A DNA stretch of 64,000 nt from Acidobacteriota bacterium (GCA_017860005.1 JAFNAE010000001.1:1382-65381), one strand, 5' to 3'; shown: positions 39,341 to 50,428, counted from the stretch's first letter. Made by a program: numbers and translations. The notes: a model not told the origin generated them from the sequence alone.

Positions 39341-40753
39341 GTGAAGACCTGGATTCCGCCGGCGCTTTCCGTCCTCGCGCTCGGCGCCTGCGCCGGGCTC
39401 CTGCTCGGCCTGCCGCCTCAGGCGCCCCAGCAGCCGGCGCCGTCCCCCGCGGCCCCGGCCCCCGCGCCGCAGGACACCGAGCCGGGAGCGCCGCCCGTCG
39501 CCGGCCAGGGCATCACGGTGGTCCTCGACGCGGGCAGCCAGGTCGCGGTCATCGGCCTCGCCTTCCCCGCCCCGCAGGGGCTCGCCGCGCTCCAGGGAGC
39601 GGCGGCCGCCGCCGGGCGAGAGCTCGAAGCGACGCTGCGCCGGGACCTCGAGCGCAGCGGGGTTTTCGAGCTGCTCGGCCCCGCCGAGCTCTCCGTGCTG
39701 ACCCTGACCGGCGACCTGGAGAAGGACGCCGACCAGTATCGCTCGCTGGGCGCGGCGATGCTGCTCCAGTCGGAGCTCAAGATGGAGGACGGCCGCCTCG
39801 TCCTCGAGGGCAGGCTGGTCGATCTCGCCAGCCGCCAGACCATCGTCGGCAAGCGCTACCGCGGCACCTACGAGCTGGCGCGCCGGATCGCCCACACCTT
39901 CGCGGACGAGATCGTCCTGTTCCTCACCTCGAGGCGCGGCATCGCCCTCAGCTCGATCGCCTTCGTCTCCGACCGGGACGGCTCGAAGGAGATCTACCTC
40001 ATGGACTACGACGGCTTCGACCAGCGCCGCGTCACCGCGCACAAGTCGATCTCCATGAGCCCGTCGTGGAGCGGGCGCGGCGACTTCCTGGCCTACGTCT
40101 CCTTCTTCGCCGGCCGCGGCCCCGCCCTCTACCTGGCCGACATCGCTTCGGGTCGCAAGACGCCGCTGGTCACCGAGGGCAGCCTCAACGCCTCGCCGGC
40201 GGTCTCCCCCGACGGCCGCCAGGTCGCCTTCGCTCGCGCCCTGGGCGCCAACATCGAGATCTTCCTGTGCGGCCGCGACGGCGCCAACGTCCGCCGCCTG
40301 ACCAACTCCGGCGGCATCGACACCAATCCGGCGTGGAGCCCCTCGGGCCAGGAGGTCGCCTTCACCTCGAGCCGGGCGGGGTCGCCCCAGATCTACGTGA
40401 TGGACGTCGAGGGCTCCAACCTCCGGCGGGTCACCTTCCAGGGCGACTACAACGACGGCGCCGCGTTCAGCCCCGACGGGACCCGCCTCGCCTACGCCAC
40501 GCGTGTCGGGCGGGACCGATTCGACATCGCCGTGCTCGACCTGGTCACGCTGCAGAGCGCCCGCCTGACCAGCGGCGCGGGCTCCAACGAGACGCCGACC
40601 TTCTCGCCCGACGGACGCCGCCTCGCGTTCGCCTCCACCCGCACCGGCGCCCCCCAGATCTTCGTCGTCGACGCCCAGGACGGCAGCGCCGCCGAGCAGC
40701 TGACGAGCGAGGGCAGCAACTCCGCCCCCGAATGGTCGGGCTACCCGCGCTGA
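39341..40753 (+). CDS. tolB: Tol-Pal beta-propeller protein
   Basis: RRIAHTFADEI, PD40 repeats (PSWS, SPDG). Confidence 0.92.
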   Translation: MKTWIPPALSVLALGACAGLLLGLPPQAPQQPAPSPAAPAPAPQDTEPGAPPVAGQGITVVLDAGSQVAVIGLAFPAPQGLAALQGAAAAAGRELEATLRRDLERSGVFELLGPAELSVLTLTGDLEKDADQYRSLGAAMLLQSELKMEDGRLVLEGRLVDLASRQTIVGKRYRGTYELARRIAHTFADEIVLFLTSRRGIALSSIAFVSDRDGSKEIYLMDYDGFDQRRVTAHKSISMSPSWSGRGDFLAYVSFFAGRGPALYLADIASGRKTPLVTEGSLNASPAVSPDGRQVAFARALGANIEIFLCGRDGANVRRLTNSGGIDTNPAWSPSGQEVAFTSSRAGSPQIYVMDVEGSNLRRVTFQGDYNDGAAFSPDGTRLAYATRVGRDRFDIAVLDLVTLQSARLTSGAGSNETPTFSPDGRRLAFASTRTGAPQIFVVDAQDGSAAEQLTSEGSNSAPEWSGYPR

Positions 40754-40768
40754 AGGTCGGGAATCTCG

Positions 40769-40797
40769 TTGAGGGCGGGAACGAAATTTGCTAGGTT
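40769..40797 (+). promoter_or_regulatory. Sigma70-type promoter of pal
   Basis: TTGAGG-N17-TAGGTT with extended TG. Confidence 0.55.
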
Positions 40798-40861
40798 GCT
40801 CCTCAATGTCCCCGCTGAACGCTGCTCGCGATCCGAGGCCGCATTCGAAAAGGAGAGAATC

Positions 40862-41443
40862 ATGACGCTCGCACGCAACCGCTGGCTCCTGGCCCTCGCC
40901 GTGGTCTCCCTGGTGGTCGCCGGCTGCGCCAAGAAGAAGCCCCAGACCGCTCCCGACCTCGGCGCCTCGACGGTCACGACGCCCAGCGCTCCGACCGAGG
41001 AGGTGCAGCCCCGGGAGCAGGCCGAGCCGGTCGATCCGACGCAGGCCATCCTGGCCGGTGACCTCGCGCGCGTCAACGAGTACCTGGCCGCCAACGGCCT
41101 CCTCGGCGACGTCTACTTCGACTTCGACAAGGCCGACCTGCGCGACGAGGCTCGCTCCCGGCTCGCGCGCAACGCGGACTGGCTCAAGGCCCACCCCGAG
41201 TTCGAGGTGACCATCGAGGGTCACTGCGACGAGCGCGGCACGAACGAGTACAACCTCGCCCTCGGCGAGCGCCGCGCGGCGGCCGCCAAGGACTACCTGG
41301 GATCGCTCGGCGTCGCCGCCTCGCGCCTGCGCACGCTCTCCTACGGTGAGGAGCGCCCGCAGTGCATGGACCAGGGCGAGCCCTGCTGGTCGCGCAACCG
41401 GCGCGCCCACTTCCTGGTCACCGGCCGCGGCAACGTGGGCTGA
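40862..41443 (+). CDS. pal: Peptidoglycan-associated lipoprotein
   Basis: VAGC lipobox, YFDFDK, EGHCDERGTNEYNLALGERRA, SYGEERP; AGGAG SD. Confidence 0.96.
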   Translation: MTLARNRWLLALAVVSLVVAGCAKKKPQTAPDLGASTVTTPSAPTEEVQPREQAEPVDPTQAILAGDLARVNEYLAANGLLGDVYFDFDKADLRDEARSRLARNADWLKAHPEFEVTIEGHCDERGTNEYNLALGERRAAAAKDYLGSLGVAASRLRTLSYGEERPQCMDQGEPCWSRNRRAHFLVTGRGNVG

Positions 41444-41456
41444 CGCGGGGTCACCC

Positions 41457-42257
41457 GTGAGGCTCCGCCACCTCCTCCTCGCCGCTTCGGTCCCGCTCGC
41501 GCTGGCCGGGTGCGTGTCCTCGAGTGACATCGACGGGCTGCGGGCGCAGCTCGCCGAGATCCAGCGCCAGGTCCTGCAGCTGCAGATGCAGACCTCGAGC
41601 AAGGAGGAGGTGGCCGCCCTGCAGCAGAATCTCCGCGCCCAGACCGATCAGCTGCTCAAAGCCGAGGCCGACCGCCGCGCCGACTTCGGCAATCTCTCCA
41701 GCCAGATCTCGGCGCTCCAGGGCCAGCTCGAAGACACCAACTACCGCCTCGCCCAGGTCTCGCAGCAGATCGCCTCCACCAACCAGGACCTCAAGGCGGT
41801 GCGCAGCGCCACCACGCCGCCGCCGGTGGCCGGGGCGCCCGGCGCCACCGGGCCGGTCTCGGATCCCGAGACGCTCTATCAGACCGCCTACAGCGACTAC
41901 CTGAGGGGCAACTACGATCTCGCGCTGCTCGGCTTCCGGCAGTATCTCGAGTCGTTCCCGGAGACCGACCTCGCCGACAACGCGTCCTACTGGATCGGCG
42001 AGTGCTTCTACCGCCAGCAGAAGTTCGCGGAGGCGATCGCCCAGTACGACGAGGTCCTCTCGCGTTGGCCGAGGAGCGACAAGACAGCCAGCTCGCAGCT
42101 CAAGAAGGGCTACGCGCAGATCGAGCTCGGCCGGCGCGACGACGGCATCCGCCAGCTGCAGGCGGTGGCGCGGGACTTCCCGAACTCCGACGAGGCGAAC
42201 CTCGCCCGCCAGAGGCTGCAGAGCCTCGGGGTTGCCACCGGGCAGAAGCGTCAGTAG
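41457..42257 (+). CDS. cpoB: Tol-Pal system protein YbgF/CpoB
   Basis: LAGC lipobox, coiled coil, TPR with ADNASYWIGE; follows pal. Confidence 0.88.
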   Translation: MRLRHLLLAASVPLALAGCVSSSDIDGLRAQLAEIQRQVLQLQMQTSSKEEVAALQQNLRAQTDQLLKAEADRRADFGNLSSQISALQGQLEDTNYRLAQVSQQIASTNQDLKAVRSATTPPPVAGAPGATGPVSDPETLYQTAYSDYLRGNYDLALLGFRQYLESFPETDLADNASYWIGECFYRQQKFAEAIAQYDEVLSRWPRSDKTASSQLKKGYAQIELGRRDDGIRQLQAVARDFPNSDEANLARQRLQSLGVATGQKRQ

Positions 42258-42331
42258 ACTTCCGCTCCCGATTCGGAGGCAGGCCGGCGACCCCGGCGTC
42301 CCGATCCCCGATCGACACCGAGGAGCCCCAG

Positions 42332-42598
42332 ATGGCGAACAAGAAGTCGGCCAAGAAGCGTGCGGTCAAGTCCGCCGCCCAGCGCGAGAAGAACCGCGCC
42401 GCGCGCTCGAAGGTCCGGAGCGCGATCAAGAAGGTGCGGCGCGCAGCGACCGCCAGCGACGCCCAGGGCGCCGAGAGCCTGCTCAAGGAGGCGATCTCCC
42501 TGGTCGACCGCACGGCGCGCAAGGGACTCCTCCACCGCAACACGGCCGCGCGCACCAAGTCGCGGCTGAGCGCCGCAGTGGCCAAGGCCTCGAAGTAG
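42332..42598 (+). CDS. rpsT: 30S ribosomal protein S20
   Basis: MANKKSAKKR, KGLLHRNTAARTKSRL. Confidence 0.96.
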   Translation: MANKKSAKKRAVKSAAQREKNRAARSKVRSAIKKVRRAATASDAQGAESLLKEAISLVDRTARKGLLHRNTAARTKSRLSAAVAKASK

Positions 42599-42609
42599 CT
42601 CCCGAGAGC

Positions 42610-42629
42610 CGCCCCCGCGAGCGGGGGCG
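42610..42629. terminator. Hairpin between convergent rpsT and lptE
   Basis: CGCCCCCG-cgag-CGGGGGCG. Confidence 0.5.
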
Positions 42630-42634
42630 ACGGC

Positions 42635-43153
42635 TCAGAACCCCTCGAGCAGGTCGGTGACCATGGTCTCGGCGAAGTTCGAGGCCGTGGCCTCGATGGC
42701 CGGCGTCTCGCGGTCGAAGTAGCCGAGCTCCGAGGCCTCGAGTTTGTAGCTGTCCCTGAAGACGTAGCGCTCGTTCTGCCAGATCACCAGCTCGGGCGAC
42801 AGCTGTCGGAAGGCGACGCGGGCCGTGATCGAGATCTCGAACTCGGTGGCCCGGCCATCGGCGTCGAAGGCGACGGGCCTCACGGCGAACGCCGTCACCG
42901 CACCCGCGATCTCGCCGTCGGCGCCCTCCACCGACGACAGGACCTCGAACCGCTGGCGCGTCACCAGCTCGTCGGCCACCGCCCGCGTCAGGATCTGCTC
43001 GACCTGGACCCTGCCGGTCGCGTTCTCGAGCGGCTTGAGGTACACCTTGCGGATCTCGGCCGGGATGTTCGAGGCGGTTCCGACCAGGCGGTAGCCGCAG
43101 GCCGAGAGCAGCAGCGCGGCGGTGAGCGGGACCAGGCGGCTCAGGTGCGACAT
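42635..43153 (-). CDS. lptE: LPS assembly lipoprotein LptE family
   Basis: LSACGY lipobox; downstream of leuS (conserved synteny). Confidence 0.82.
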   Translation of the reverse strand: MSHLSRLVPLTAALLLSACGYRLVGTASNIPAEIRKVYLKPLENATGRVQVEQILTRAVADELVTRQRFEVLSSVEGADGEIAGAVTAFAVRPVAFDADGRATEFEISITARVAFRQLSPELVIWQNERYVFRDSYKLEASELGYFDRETPAIEATASNFAETMVTDLLEGF

Positions 43154-45627
43154 CAGGCGGACTCCCTTCGCGTGACCAGGTTGATCAGCCGGCCCGGCAC
43201 GTAGACCGACTTCGCGAGCGGGCGATCACCGACGTGCTCGCGCACCTTCGCGCTCGCCAGCGCGGCGTCCCGGACCGCGCCCTCGCGGGCGTCGGCGTCG
43301 ACCTCGATTCGATCTCGGAGCTTGCCGTCGACCTGCACCACCACCACGACACGGTCGCGCCTCAGCCTGGCCTCGTCCGCGACCGGCCAGTCGCTGTGGA
43401 GCAGGCTGTCGACCTGGCCACGCCGCTCCCAGATCTCCTCGGTGACGTGCGGAGCGATCGGGTGCAGCAGCTGCACCATGGTGTCCAGCGCCGCCTCGCA
43501 ACACAGCCTCGACGCCCGTTTCTCCTCCACCGCACGGGTCAGCGCGTTGAGCAGCTCCATCAGCGCGGCGATCGCGGTGTTGAACTTGAAGCGCTCGAAG
43601 TCGCGCGTCACGCGCTGGATCGTGGCGTGGCGCAGGCGCTCGAGCTCGTCGTCGGCGGGCGCCGTCGGCGGCGCCTCCCCCACCCGCTCCGAGACGCGCC
43701 AGAGGCGTTGCAGGAAGCGATGGGCCCCGGCCACGGCCTCGTCGTTCCACTCCACCTCGTCCTCGGGCGGACCCAGGAAGAGGGTGTAGACGCGCTCCGT
43801 GTCGGCTCCCATCTCCTCGATCAGGGGATCGGGCGAGACCGTGTTCCCCTTCGACTTCGACATCTTCTCGATGCGCCCGGTGCGCTCCGCGAAGCGCGTG
43901 ATCATGCCCTGGTTGAAGAGGTTCTGGAACGGCTCCTCGAACGGAACCAGGCCGAAGTCGTGCAGCACCCGGCACATGAACCGCGCGTAGAGCAGGTGCA
44001 GGATGGCGTGTTCGATGCCGCCGATGTACTGGTCCACCGGCGCCCAGCGCGCCGCCGCCTCGGGGTCGAAGATGCGTTCGCCGTCGCGCGCCGAGAGGTA
44101 ACGGAGGTAGTACCAGGAGCTGTCCATGAAGGTGTCCATCGTGTCGGTCTCCCGCCGTGCCGGAGACTGACAGCGTGGGCACTTCGTGGCGACGAACGCC
44201 TCGTTGCGCGAGAGCGGGTTGCCCTCGCGCCCGGAGAACTCGACCTCGTACGGCAGCTCGACCGGCAGCTGCGCGTCCGGCACGGGCACGACTCCGCACG
44301 CTTCGCAGTAGACCACCGGGATCGGCGTTCCCCAGTAGCGCTGGCGCGAGATCAGCCAGTCCCGCAGGCGGTAGCTGACCTTGGCGCGGCCGGTGCCCTC
44401 GCGCTCGAGCCAGGCGACGAAGCGGGCCACCGTCTCGTCGGTGGCGGGCAGCCCGTCGAACTCCCCGGTGCCGCGGATGACGCCCTCGTGTGGAATCGCC
44501 TCGATCATCGTCGCGGGGTCGAGCGCGTGCTCCTGCGGATGGTAGACGAGGCGCACCGGCAGCCCGTGGGCGCGCGCGAAGTCGAGGTCCCGCTGGTCGT
44601 GCGCCGGCACGCCCATCACCGCTCCGGTGCCGTAGTCCGGGAGCACGTAGTTGGCCATCCAGACCGGAATGGGCTCGCCGGTGGCGGGATTGACCGCGAA
44701 GCCGCCGGTGGCCCGTCCCTCCTTGGCAGCCTCCTCGCTCTCGCGCTGCGTGCGCGGCTGGTTGCGCACGCGCCCGATCCAGGCTTCGAGCTCGCCGCGC
44801 TCGGGATTGCCGGCGAGCAGGCCGCCGACCGAGGGATGCTCGGGGGCTACCACCATGAAGGTGGCGCCGTGGATCGTGTCCGGGCGCGTGGTGAAGACCG
44901 TGATCGGCGCGCCGCCCTCGATCGGGAAGTCGATCTCCGCGCCCTCCGAACGCCCGATCCAGTTGCGCTGCATCACCTTCACCTTCTCCGGCCAGCCCGG
45001 CAGCAGGTCGAGGCCGGAGAGCAGCCGTTCGGCGAAGTCCGTGATGCGCAGGAACCACTGCTCGAGGTCCTTCTGGATCACCGGCGTGCCGCAGCGCTCG
45101 CAGGCGCCATCGACGACCTGCTCGTTGGCGAGCACGGTCCGGCAGCTCGGGCACCAGTTGACTGGCGCCCGCTTCTTGTACGCCAGCCCCTGCTCGAGCA
45201 TGCGCAGGAAGAGCCACTGGTTCCACCGGTAATACTCCGGCGCGCAGCTGGTCACCTCCTTCGACCAGTCGTAGAGGATCCCCCAGCGCCGGAACTGCTT
45301 CTTCATGACCCGGATGTTGTCGAGCGTCCAGTCGCGCGGGTGCACGCCGCGCTGGATCGCGGCGTTCTCGGCCGGCAGGCCGAAGGCGTCCCAGCCCATC
45401 GGGTTCAGCGCCCGCCGGCCGCGCATGCGCAGGTACCGGTAGAGCGCGTCGCCTAGGATGTAGTTGCGGCCGTGCCCGACGTGGAGCCGGTCCCCCGACG
45501 GGTAGGGGAACATCATCAGCATGTAGTACTTGCCCTTGGCCTGCCGCAGGTCGACCTCGGCCGCCCTGCCCTTCTCCCAGCGGTCCTGCCACTTCGCTTC
45601 GATCGCGCGATGATCGTAGGAGCTCAT
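43153..45627 (-). CDS. leuS: Leucine--tRNA ligase
   Basis: [33 protein letters not shown]. Confidence 0.98.
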   Translation of the reverse strand: MSSYDHRAIEAKWQDRWEKGRAAEVDLRQAKGKYYMLMMFPYPSGDRLHVGHGRNYILGDALYRYLRMRGRRALNPMGWDAFGLPAENAAIQRGVHPRDWTLDNIRVMKKQFRRWGILYDWSKEVTSCAPEYYRWNQWLFLRMLEQGLAYKKRAPVNWCPSCRTVLANEQVVDGACERCGTPVIQKDLEQWFLRITDFAERLLSGLDLLPGWPEKVKVMQRNWIGRSEGAEIDFPIEGGAPITVFTTRPDTIHGATFMVVAPEHPSVGGLLAGNPERGELEAWIGRVRNQPRTQRESEEAAKEGRATGGFAVNPATGEPIPVWMANYVLPDYGTGAVMGVPAHDQRDLDFARAHGLPVRLVYHPQEHALDPATMIEAIPHEGVIRGTGEFDGLPATDETVARFVAWLEREGTGRAKVSYRLRDWLISRQRYWGTPIPVVYCEACGVVPVPDAQLPVELPYEVEFSGREGNPLSRNEAFVATKCPRCQSPARRETDTMDTFMDSSWYYLRYLSARDGERIFDPEAAARWAPVDQYIGGIEHAILHLLYARFMCRVLHDFGLVPFEEPFQNLFNQGMITRFAERTGRIEKMSKSKGNTVSPDPLIEEMGADTERVYTLFLGPPEDEVEWNDEAVAGAHRFLQRLWRVSERVGEAPPTAPADDELERLRHATIQRVTRDFERFKFNTAIAALMELLNALTRAVEEKRASRLCCEAALDTMVQLLHPIAPHVTEEIWERRGQVDSLLHSDWPVADEARLRRDRVVVVVQVDGKLRDRIEVDADAREGAVRDAALASAKVREHVGDRPLAKSVYVPGRLINLVTRRESA

Positions 45628-46646
45628 CGTCGGGTTCCGCCCTCTCCCCGTCCATCCTCGACCGGCACCTCGAGCTCGGCGAGCACGCGGTCCCGAAAGG
45701 TCAGCCTCTTCCAGGCGGCGAGCCGGCCCGCCGTCCTCACCTTGAGCTCGTAGCGCCCCGGCTCGAGCCCCAGGAACACGCCGCGCCCGCCCGCCAGCGA
45801 GACGGTGCGCACGCCTCCGGTCGCGCCCTCGAGCGTCGCCGCGCCCTCCACTGCCGGCGCCAGCCGCACGAGGAGCGCCGCAGCTTGGCGCGTGCCTTCG
45901 TTCGGCCGCACGCGGAAGGGGCGCACGGGCGCCGGCCCGGGTGCCAGATCGACGTCCTGCATGCGATCTTCGCGCGCGACGAGCAACCCGGCACCCGGAT
46001 AGGACTCGAGGCGCGGATCGTCGATGCGCAGATAGGTGGCGGGCACGAAGTGGTGACTGGAGATCGGATCGCTGAAAACCCAGCCGCGGTCGGGATACCA
46101 GACCTCGATCCAGCGATGGAAACCGGCCCCCGGCCCCCCCGGCACCGGCTCGGCCACGTATCCGGGCACCTCGCGCGCTTCGATCCCGACCGCCCCGAGC
46201 AGCGCCACGGAGAGGCGCGCGAGGCCCGTACAGTAGGCGGTCCGGCGCTCGAGCACGGCCTCCGGCGCCTGGTCGGCGGCGCGATCGAGGTCGTAGGAGA
46301 CGTTCGCCGCGACCCAGGCCAACAGCCTGCTCACCGCTTCGTACCGGCCTCCGGACCCGGCCGCGATCGCGCGCGCCACTCTCGACACCGTGGCGCCGCC
46401 GTCGGCGGCGGGCAGCGCGAAGGGGGCCCGGCTGCCGATCGGACCGAGATCGACTTCGACGCGCGTCGCGCCGTCGGGCGCCAGCGTCAGCCGGTAGCCG
46501 GCGTTCTCGTAGGGACGCACCACCGCGCCCGCGGGCGGCGAGATCTCCGCGGCATCGCTGCCGGCGACGACGCGGGCTTCGGCGCCGGCGCCCGGGCGCG
46601 GCAGGGCGAGCGCGAGCAGCGCGACGGCGGCTGCCAGCGCCCTCAC
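45624..46646 (-). CDS. Secreted transglutaminase-like protein
   Basis: Signal peptide; Cys-His-Asp triad (AYCTG, FHRWIE, WVFSDP). Confidence 0.8.
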   Translation of the reverse strand: MRALAAAVALLALALPRPGAGAEARVVAGSDAAEISPPAGAVVRPYENAGYRLTLAPDGATRVEVDLGPIGSRAPFALPAADGGATVSRVARAIAAGSGGRYEAVSRLLAWVAANVSYDLDRAADQAPEAVLERRTAYCTGLARLSVALLGAVGIEAREVPGYVAEPVPGGPGAGFHRWIEVWYPDRGWVFSDPISSHHFVPATYLRIDDPRLESYPGAGLLVAREDRMQDVDLAPGPAPVRPFRVRPNEGTRQAAALLVRLAPAVEGAATLEGATGGVRTVSLAGGRGVFLGLEPGRYELKVRTAGRLAAWKRLTFRDRVLAELEVPVEDGRGEGGTRR

Positions 46647-47116
46647 TTGAGGCTCCCGGGGAAGGAGTGGCGGCGCAGGACGCCGTCGAGCAGTCCGTTG
46701 ACGAAGCGCCCGGACTGCTCGGAGCCGAACCGCTTGGCGAGCTCTACCGCCTCGTCCACGATCACCAGCTTGGGAACATCGGTCTCCTGCAACATCTCGT
46801 AGACGGCGAGCCGGAGGATGTTCCGGTCCACCGCCGGCATCCGCTCCAGCCGCCAGTTCTCGGCCTGCGTCCGGATCAGCCCGTCGATCTCCTCGAGCCG
46901 GCCGCGGGTGCCCTCGACCAGGCGGCAGGCATAGGGAAACGCGTCGCGCGCCTCTGCGGCGGCCGCCTCGTTCTGCAGCTCGCCGTCGAGGGCACGTTCG
47001 CGCAGGAAGTCGGCGAGGTCGAAGGCGTGCGTCACCTCCGGCACGGAGCTCCCCGCCAGGTCGGCCTGGTAGAGCATCTGGACCGCCATCTCCCGTGCCA
47101 TCCGCCGCTTGCCCAC
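46643..47116 (-). CDS. nusB: Transcription antitermination factor
   Basis: [39 protein letters not shown] start inferred. Confidence 0.94.
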   Translation of the reverse strand: MGKRRMAREMAVQMLYQADLAGSSVPEVTHAFDLADFLRERALDGELQNEAAAAEARDAFPYACRLVEGTRGRLEEIDGLIRTQAENWRLERMPAVDRNILRLAVYEMLQETDVPKLVIVDEAVELAKRFGSEQSGRFVNGLLDGVLRRHSFPGSLK

Positions 47117-47182
47117 GGCCCCGTCTCCATTGCGGTCAAAGAGCTGCCCGGCGAACGCCCGCGGCGTTGCGCCCACTGCGGC

Positions 47183-47665
47183 TCAGGTGCCGGTCCCGAT
47201 CCGCTCCAGCAGCGCGGCCATCTCCAGTGCGGCGAGCGCCGCATCCTCGCCCTTGTTGCCCGCCGCACCGCCGGCGCGCGCCAGCGCCTGCTCGAGCGTC
47301 TCGCAGGTGAGCACGCCGAAGCCGATCGGCACTCGCCGGCGCAGGCCGACTTCGGCGATGCCCCGGCTGCACTGCCCCGCCACGTGCTCGAAGTGCGCGG
47401 TCTCACCGCGGATCACGGCGCCCACGGCGACCAGCGCGTGCCGGTCACCGCGCGCCGCCAGGGCGTCGAGCGCGAGCGGAATCTCCCAGGCCCCGGGCAC
47501 CCACACGACCTCGACGTCGGAGCGCTCCACGCCACAGCGAAAGAGCGCCTCGCAGGCGCCCTCGAGCAGGCGCTCGACTACGCCGGCGTTGAATCGGGAA
47601 GCGACCACGCCGATTCTCCGGCCGGCGCCGCCGACGGCGCTGGGGACAGGCTTGAAGGTGCTCAT
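47183..47665 (-). CDS. ribH: 6,7-dimethyl-8-ribityllumazine synthase
   Basis: SRFN, VPGAWEIP, GAVIRGETAHF, GNKG; upstream TTGACA-N18-TAGACT. Confidence 0.96.
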   Translation of the reverse strand: MSTFKPVPSAVGGAGRRIGVVASRFNAGVVERLLEGACEALFRCGVERSDVEVVWVPGAWEIPLALDALAARGDRHALVAVGAVIRGETAHFEHVAGQCSRGIAEVGLRRRVPIGFGVLTCETLEQALARAGGAAGNKGEDAALAALEMAALLERIGTGT

Positions 47666-47741
47666 GGTGGGGTCGCCGGGCCGCAGCCGGCAGTCTAGCG
47701 ATCGCGCGCAAACGCTGTCAACGACGGGAGATCCGCCGCGC

Positions 47742-48452
47742 TCACAGGTCGCCCCCCGGGGGCCGCAGGCGGATCTCCTCCACCGCGACGCTCGGGTCGG
47801 CGTCGAGCGCCCAGAGCACCGCGCGAGCGACTTCAGCGGGCGGGATCATGCGCGTCCGGTCCCATTGCCCCGGCAGGCCGTTCCAGAGCGGGCTGGCGGT
47901 CGCGCCGGGAGTGACCGCGACCACGCGCACGCCGGTGCCCGCGAGCTCCTCGCGCAGGACCTCGACCAGGCCGAGCAGGCCGAACTTGCTCGAGCAATAG
48001 GCCGACCAGCCCGGGAAGGCCCGGCGCGACGCCACCGAGAGCAGCGCCACCAGCACTCCGCGCCGGCGCTCGAGCATGGCGGGCAGGAAGGCGCGCGCCA
48101 GGTTCGCCACGCCCGTGAGGTTGGTGGCCAGGGCCGCCTCGAAATCAGCCGCCGGCGTGGCGAGGAAGGGAGCCACGGACGCGATGCCGGCGGCGGGCAC
48201 GACCTCCTCGACCGGACCGAGCTCGCTCTCCACCCGGATCGCCGCCGCGGCCAGCCCGCCGGCGTCGCGCACGTCCTGGTCGAGCACGAGGCCCCGGGCG
48301 CCCGATTCCGCGAGCACACGCGAGAGCGGCTCGGCGCGGCGTCCGACCAGAGCGAGGCACCGGCCGCGGCGCGCGAGGGCGAGGGCGATCTCCCGTCCGA
48401 TACCCGATCCGGCGCCGCTGACCACGGCGACTCCGACGGGCGGCTGGTTCAT
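47742..48452 (-). CDS. Short-chain dehydrogenase/reductase, sepiapterin reductase-like
   Basis: GAGSGIG, S...YCSSK; AFPGWSAYCSSKFG, PGATASPLW and VEEIRLRPPGGD recall Chlorobium sepiapterin reductase. Confidence 0.85.
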   Translation of the reverse strand: MNQPPVGVAVVSGAGSGIGREIALALARRGRCLALVGRRAEPLSRVLAESGARGLVLDQDVRDAGGLAAAAIRVESELGPVEEVVPAAGIASVAPFLATPAADFEAALATNLTGVANLARAFLPAMLERRRGVLVALLSVASRRAFPGWSAYCSSKFGLLGLVEVLREELAGTGVRVVAVTPGATASPLWNGLPGQWDRTRMIPPAEVARAVLWALDADPSVAVEEIRLRPPGGDL

Positions 48453-48508
48453 CGCGTCCGTCTCAGCGGAAGGAATGGAACTGGATGCGGAGTGCGCGGA
48501 GGTGAAAT

Positions 48509-48585
48509 TGGTCGGGACGGCGGGATTCGAACCCGCGACCCCCTGAACCCCATTCAGGTACGCTACCAGGCTGCGCCACGTCCCG
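48509..48585 (-). tRNA. tRNA-Pro (GGG)
   Basis: CGGGACGTGGCGCAGCCTGGTAGCGTACCTGAATGGGGTTCAGG...GGTTCGAATCCCGCCGTCCCGACCA. Confidence 0.97.
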
Positions 48586-48596
48586 ACCGGAAAATC

Positions 48597-49070
48597 TCAA
48601 CGGTTCTGCTTGTCGAGGAGCGAGAGGATCGCCCGCGCCTCCTTGAGGGCGTCCGCGACCCCTCGTTCGAGGGTTTCTATCCGCTCGCCGGACGACGAGT
48701 CAAGCTTCGCGGCGGCGTGCGGCGTGCCCGAAGCGGTGTCCGTGGCGCCCTCGCCTTCGCCCGCTTCCGGCGCGGCCCCCTCCGTCTCGTGGTTGGCGGG
48801 GAGCGCGTCCGCGCCCGGCTGGTCCGCGCGCGGCGGCGGCTCGGACTCGAGCTTCTTCTTGGCGCCGGCGATCGTGTAGCCCTCTTCGTAGAGCAACTGC
48901 TTGATCCGCCTCAGGACCGCGACCTCCTCCACCGAGTAGGCGCGCCCCGGTCCGTTGGCCCGGTTCCCGGACGACTGGAGAGCGGGGAACTCGGTCTCCC
49001 AGTAGCGCAACACGTAGGGCGGCAGATCCAGCTGCTTGCAGACTTCGGCGAGCTTGAAGGAGCGCTTCAT
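48597..49070 (-). CDS. MerR-family regulator
   Basis: YVLRYWETEFP, IKQLLYEEGYTIAGAKK; usual merR-tRNA-Pro(GGG) context. Confidence 0.9.
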   Translation of the reverse strand: MKRSFKLAEVCKQLDLPPYVLRYWETEFPALQSSGNRANGPGRAYSVEEVAVLRRIKQLLYEEGYTIAGAKKKLESEPPPRADQPGADALPANHETEGAAPEAGEGEGATDTASGTPHAAAKLDSSSGERIETLERGVADALKEARAILSLLDKQNR

Positions 49071-49114
49071 CGGTGGCGACCGCGCGGCGGGCCGATCCTA
49101 GAACGCGGGACGGG

Positions 49115-50428
49115 TCAAGTCGAGCGACGCCGGATGACGAGTCGCACCGGCACGCCCCCCAGCCCGAAGCTCTCGCGCAGCCGGTTCTCGAGGTATCTCC
49201 GGTACGAGTGGGTCAGCGGGAGGGCGCGATTGGCGAACAGCATGAAGGTCGGTGGGCCGGTCGCGACCTGCGCGGCGTAGAAGAGCTTCCACTCCCGCTC
49301 CTCGATCCTGGGCGGCTGGTGCTGCCGGATCCAGGACTCGAATGCCCGGTTGAGCTCGCCGGTCGAGATCTCCAGCCGGAAGCCCCGCCGGGCTTCGTCC
49401 ACCGCCGCGAAGATGCGCTCCACGCCGCGGCCGCTGAGCGCCGAGAGGTTGACGCGCGGCGGGCCCGCGAGCAGGCCCTCGAGGCGGGGCCAGGCGAGCT
49501 CGAGGCGCTCGCGGCCCTCATCGTCGAGCAGATCCCACTTGTTGATCGCCACCACGGCCGCCCTGCCGGCCTCCCAGATGGCGCCCGCCACCGCGAGGTC
49601 GCCCGAGGTGATCCCGGCCGGGGCCTCGACCACCAGCACCGCGACTTCGGCGCGCTCGATCTGCCGGCGGGCGAGCATGACCGCGAGCTCCTCCGGTGCG
49701 TCCGCGGCCTTGCTGCGCCTGCGGATGCCGGCGGTATCGATCAGCAGGTAGCGGCGATCGTCGCGAATCACCAGGGTGTCGATCGGATCGCGGGTCGTGC
49801 CCGCCGTCGGCGACACGAGCGTGCGCTCCTCTCCGACCAGGCGATTCAGGAGCGAGGACTTGCCGACGTTGGGTCGGCCCACGATGGCGACCGCGACGCC
49901 GCCCGGCTCGGGCTCCGCCGGGGCCTCGAGCGGCGGCAGCGCTGCGCTCACCCGCTCGACGAGCGCGCCGATCCCCACGCCGTGCTCCGCGGACACCGCC
50001 ACCGGCTCGCCCAGCCCGAGCGCCCAGAATTCGCTCGCCGCCTCGGCGGCGCGCCGCACGTCGGTCTTGTTCACCACCAGGATCAGCGGCTTGCCCTGCG
50101 GCCGCAGTGCCGCGAGTACGCGCTCGTCGGCGGTGGTCAGGCCCTCGACTCCGTCCACCACCAGCAGCACCAGGTCGCAGGCTCCGACCGCGATCATCAC
50201 CTGCTCACCGAGGCCGAGCGGGTCGTCGCCCGGCACCAGTCCGCCGGTGTCGATCCACTCGACCGGCCGCCCCGCCTCGACCTCGCCGCGCGCGACGATG
50301 CGGTCACGCGTGACCCCGGGCCGGTCGTGCACGATGGCCTGCCGCCGCCCCACCAGGCGGTTGAACAGCGTCGACTTGCCCACGTTCGGCCGGCCCACGA
50401 TGGCCACCGAAGGAGTGAGCGCGGTCAC
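49115..50428 (-). CDS. der: Ribosome biogenesis GTPase Der/EngA
   Basis: Two GRPNVGKS domains, DTGG/DTAG, NKTD/NKWD, YRRYLEN; GTG start inferred. Confidence 0.96.
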   Translation of the reverse strand: MTALTPSVAIVGRPNVGKSTLFNRLVGRRQAIVHDRPGVTRDRIVARGEVEAGRPVEWIDTGGLVPGDDPLGLGEQVMIAVGACDLVLLVVDGVEGLTTADERVLAALRPQGKPLILVVNKTDVRRAAEAASEFWALGLGEPVAVSAEHGVGIGALVERVSAALPPLEAPAEPEPGGVAVAIVGRPNVGKSSLLNRLVGEERTLVSPTAGTTRDPIDTLVIRDDRRYLLIDTAGIRRRSKAADAPEELAVMLARRQIERAEVAVLVVEAPAGITSGDLAVAGAIWEAGRAAVVAINKWDLLDDEGRERLELAWPRLEGLLAGPPRVNLSALSGRGVERIFAAVDEARRGFRLEISTGELNRAFESWIRQHQPPRIEEREWKLFYAAQVATGPPTFMLFANRALPLTHSYRRYLENRLRESFGLGGVPVRLVIRRRST

